In this document: in pieces, positions 62,238 to 64,000 of the stretch
Position numbering within the stretch: position 1 is the first letter of the stretch
How the letters are laid out: every line of letters begins with the position of its first letter
Assembly: GCA_013265495.1 (NCBI GenBank)
Contig: MU058059.1
Span: forward strand, 992,001 to 1,056,000
Source: Vicugna vicugna
Taxonomy: Eukaryota
DNA: 64,000 bases
Reading direction: 5' to 3'
The notes under the pieces: generated by a model
Databases searched by the model: none
Told to the model about the DNA's origin: nothing
Seen by the model: the letters and a program-made list of their open reading frames with translations, nothing else
Program-made: the position numbers and the translations under genes

Positions 62238-62600
62238 GGCACACACGTATGTAGAGATACAAACATCCACACATGCGAGACACACACACGCATATACTCG
62301 TATGTATGGACACACGCACTTGTAGATGCACTAGTACACATGTGTATGAACGTTATATGTTCAGACATACATTCATACACGTGTACGTATAAACACACAC
62401 CCATGCACATCTGCATTCAGACACACATTCATACACACATGTGTGGGCACATGCGCACACACTCATCACAACAGATACATACTCATGAACACGTATGTAT
62501 AGACATATACCATATACACATGTAGAGAGACACACTCATGGACACGCACACATCCATGTACAGATACATCCTCGTGTACTCATACGTACAAACACACACA
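62238..62600. repeat. Degenerate (CA/CACATG/CATA)n low-complexity tract
   Basis: About 360 bp of mostly alternating purine-pyrimidine sequence. Confidence 0.85.
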
Positions 62601-62667
62601 AAATGGTGCCTAGCTTTGCTGGCATTGCTTGAGATTCACTAATTATTGTCAAAAACTCCCTGTTCTG

Positions 62668-63000
62668 AAAATAAAAAATATATATGTATGTAAATGTGTA
62701 ACTGAATCACTTTGCTGTACACCTGAGACTAACACTGTAAATCAACTACATTTCAATAAAAAATTTTTTAAAATAAATTTTAAAAAATGTATTGAGAAGA
62801 CAGAAACCACTATATACAGAATAGATAAATAAAAAGGTCCTACTGTAGAGCAGAGGGAACTATATTCAATAGCTTTAATAACCTGTAATGAGAAAAATAT
62901 GAAAAAGAACATATATACGTGTATGACTGAATCAGTATGCTGTACACCAGAAACCAGCACAGCGTGGTAAGCCAACTGTACTTCAGTTTAAAAAAAAGAA
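62668..63000 (+). mobile_element. Two tandem L1 3' tails (~62668-62790 and ~62803-63000)
   Basis: actgaatcac/gt..gctgtacacc occurs twice, each followed by an A-rich tail. Confidence 0.85.
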
Positions 63001-63562
63001 GGAAAGAGTGTAATGGGGGAAGCCCTCCCTGTTCCTTCCGTCCTCGGGTGCACAGCACGTAGACTGGGCTGTGTGAGAAGCCACTTGACTGCAGTACTCC
63101 TGACTCACTCGGAGCACCTGGTTATAATCCTCGTTTGCGTTCTCACCTGTGCCCCTTGGCACGGCCTGTCCCTCCCTGTCAGAGGGCAGGGACGAGTCCC
63201 CGGTCATTCTTTCGGCTCCTCCAGAGGCTCTGGCCAACAGCCGGCAGTGGCCTCACGGAGCCAACTGAGTGGAAGCGAATCAGTCCATATCTGTACTCAG
63301 ATCTCTTCCAATCTGGGGGAGAAATCCATTAAGCCTTTTTGGGGTGACACAACCAAACAAACAACAATTTTCGTCTTATTGTTACTGGTATCTGGCATGT
63401 GGAGTCTGGAATGAAACCAGTGCTTCATGAACGGTAACAGCTATTAGTATAAAAAATAAGACTCACAATTGTCATCTGTAGAGAATGCATACATAGAGAG
63501 AATCTAGTCGTTCTAAATCTGGCTTTCGAGATCTTATTTTCGGAGCTTTTCAGTTTGACTGC

Positions 63563-63679
63563 CTTTTTTCTTTTTAATTTAGTTTTTCTTCTTTCCCCTT
63601 AACGGCGGTGCTGGAGATTGAACCCAGGACCTCATGCACGCCAAGCACGCACTGTACCCCTGAGCTACACCCCCACCCC
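63563..63679 (-). mobile_element. Vic-1-like SINE
   Basis: gctggagattgaacccaggacctcatgcacgccaagcacgcactgtacccctgagctacacccc. Confidence 0.85.
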
Positions 63680-64000
63680 TAGAGCGTTTAGCTTGGAACA
63701 ATCACCCTTACTGTGTCTAAATATGACATTCTCTTGGGAGTTCAGGTTCAGTTATAAGAACATCCTCTCAAACTGGAGTTTAAGAGCCTAGGGACTCTAG
63801 AGAATAGTGAAAGAGTAGTTATAATTTTCAGTATTTTCTGTTGATGTAAATCTGAGAGGGGGGTGAGAGTTGGACGTGGGATACAGAAATGCAAAAACAA
63901 ACATGCCTCGACAAACTCTGAATCTCTAAGATATGTGAGAACCAGAAACATTTACTACTAGGGGAAAAATGCATGGAACCCCCCTCCCTCCCCACCCCAG

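Noticed and set aside
62168..62535. His/Thr- and Cys/Val-rich ORFs
   Set aside because: Translations of the CA-rich low-complexity tract.
1..64000. About 18 CACGTG E-boxes, many AP-1 sites and a few D-box matches as a clock signature
   Set aside because: Counts by eye are near the naive expectation for 6-8-mers in 64 kb.

Overview
Mammalian, not microbial, DNA. The tRNA-derived SINEs and young L1 3' tails point to a camelid (alpaca or camel). I found no convincing protein-coding region, and the ORF track is mostly noise. The left ~35 kb looks like the 5' end of a minus-strand gene: a CpG-island promoter at ~33.7-35.4 kb whose core lies in an 866-N gap, a first intron of ~34 kb, and a clean 54-nt exon at 145-198. 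From memory, this exon and layout resemble the non-coding 5' end of ARNTL/BMAL1, but that is unverified (about even odds). The right ~29 kb is upstream intergenic DNA rich in MIR, L2, L1, MER5 and SINE copies, several of them nested. I see no clearly new biological system. The best leads are a possible divergent spliced lncRNA, a promoter G-quadruplex, several strong RFX X-boxes (one beside a perfect CRE), a perfect T-MARE and a recent 64-bp tandem duplication. Repeat families and motifs were assigned by eye, so repeat boundaries are approximate.
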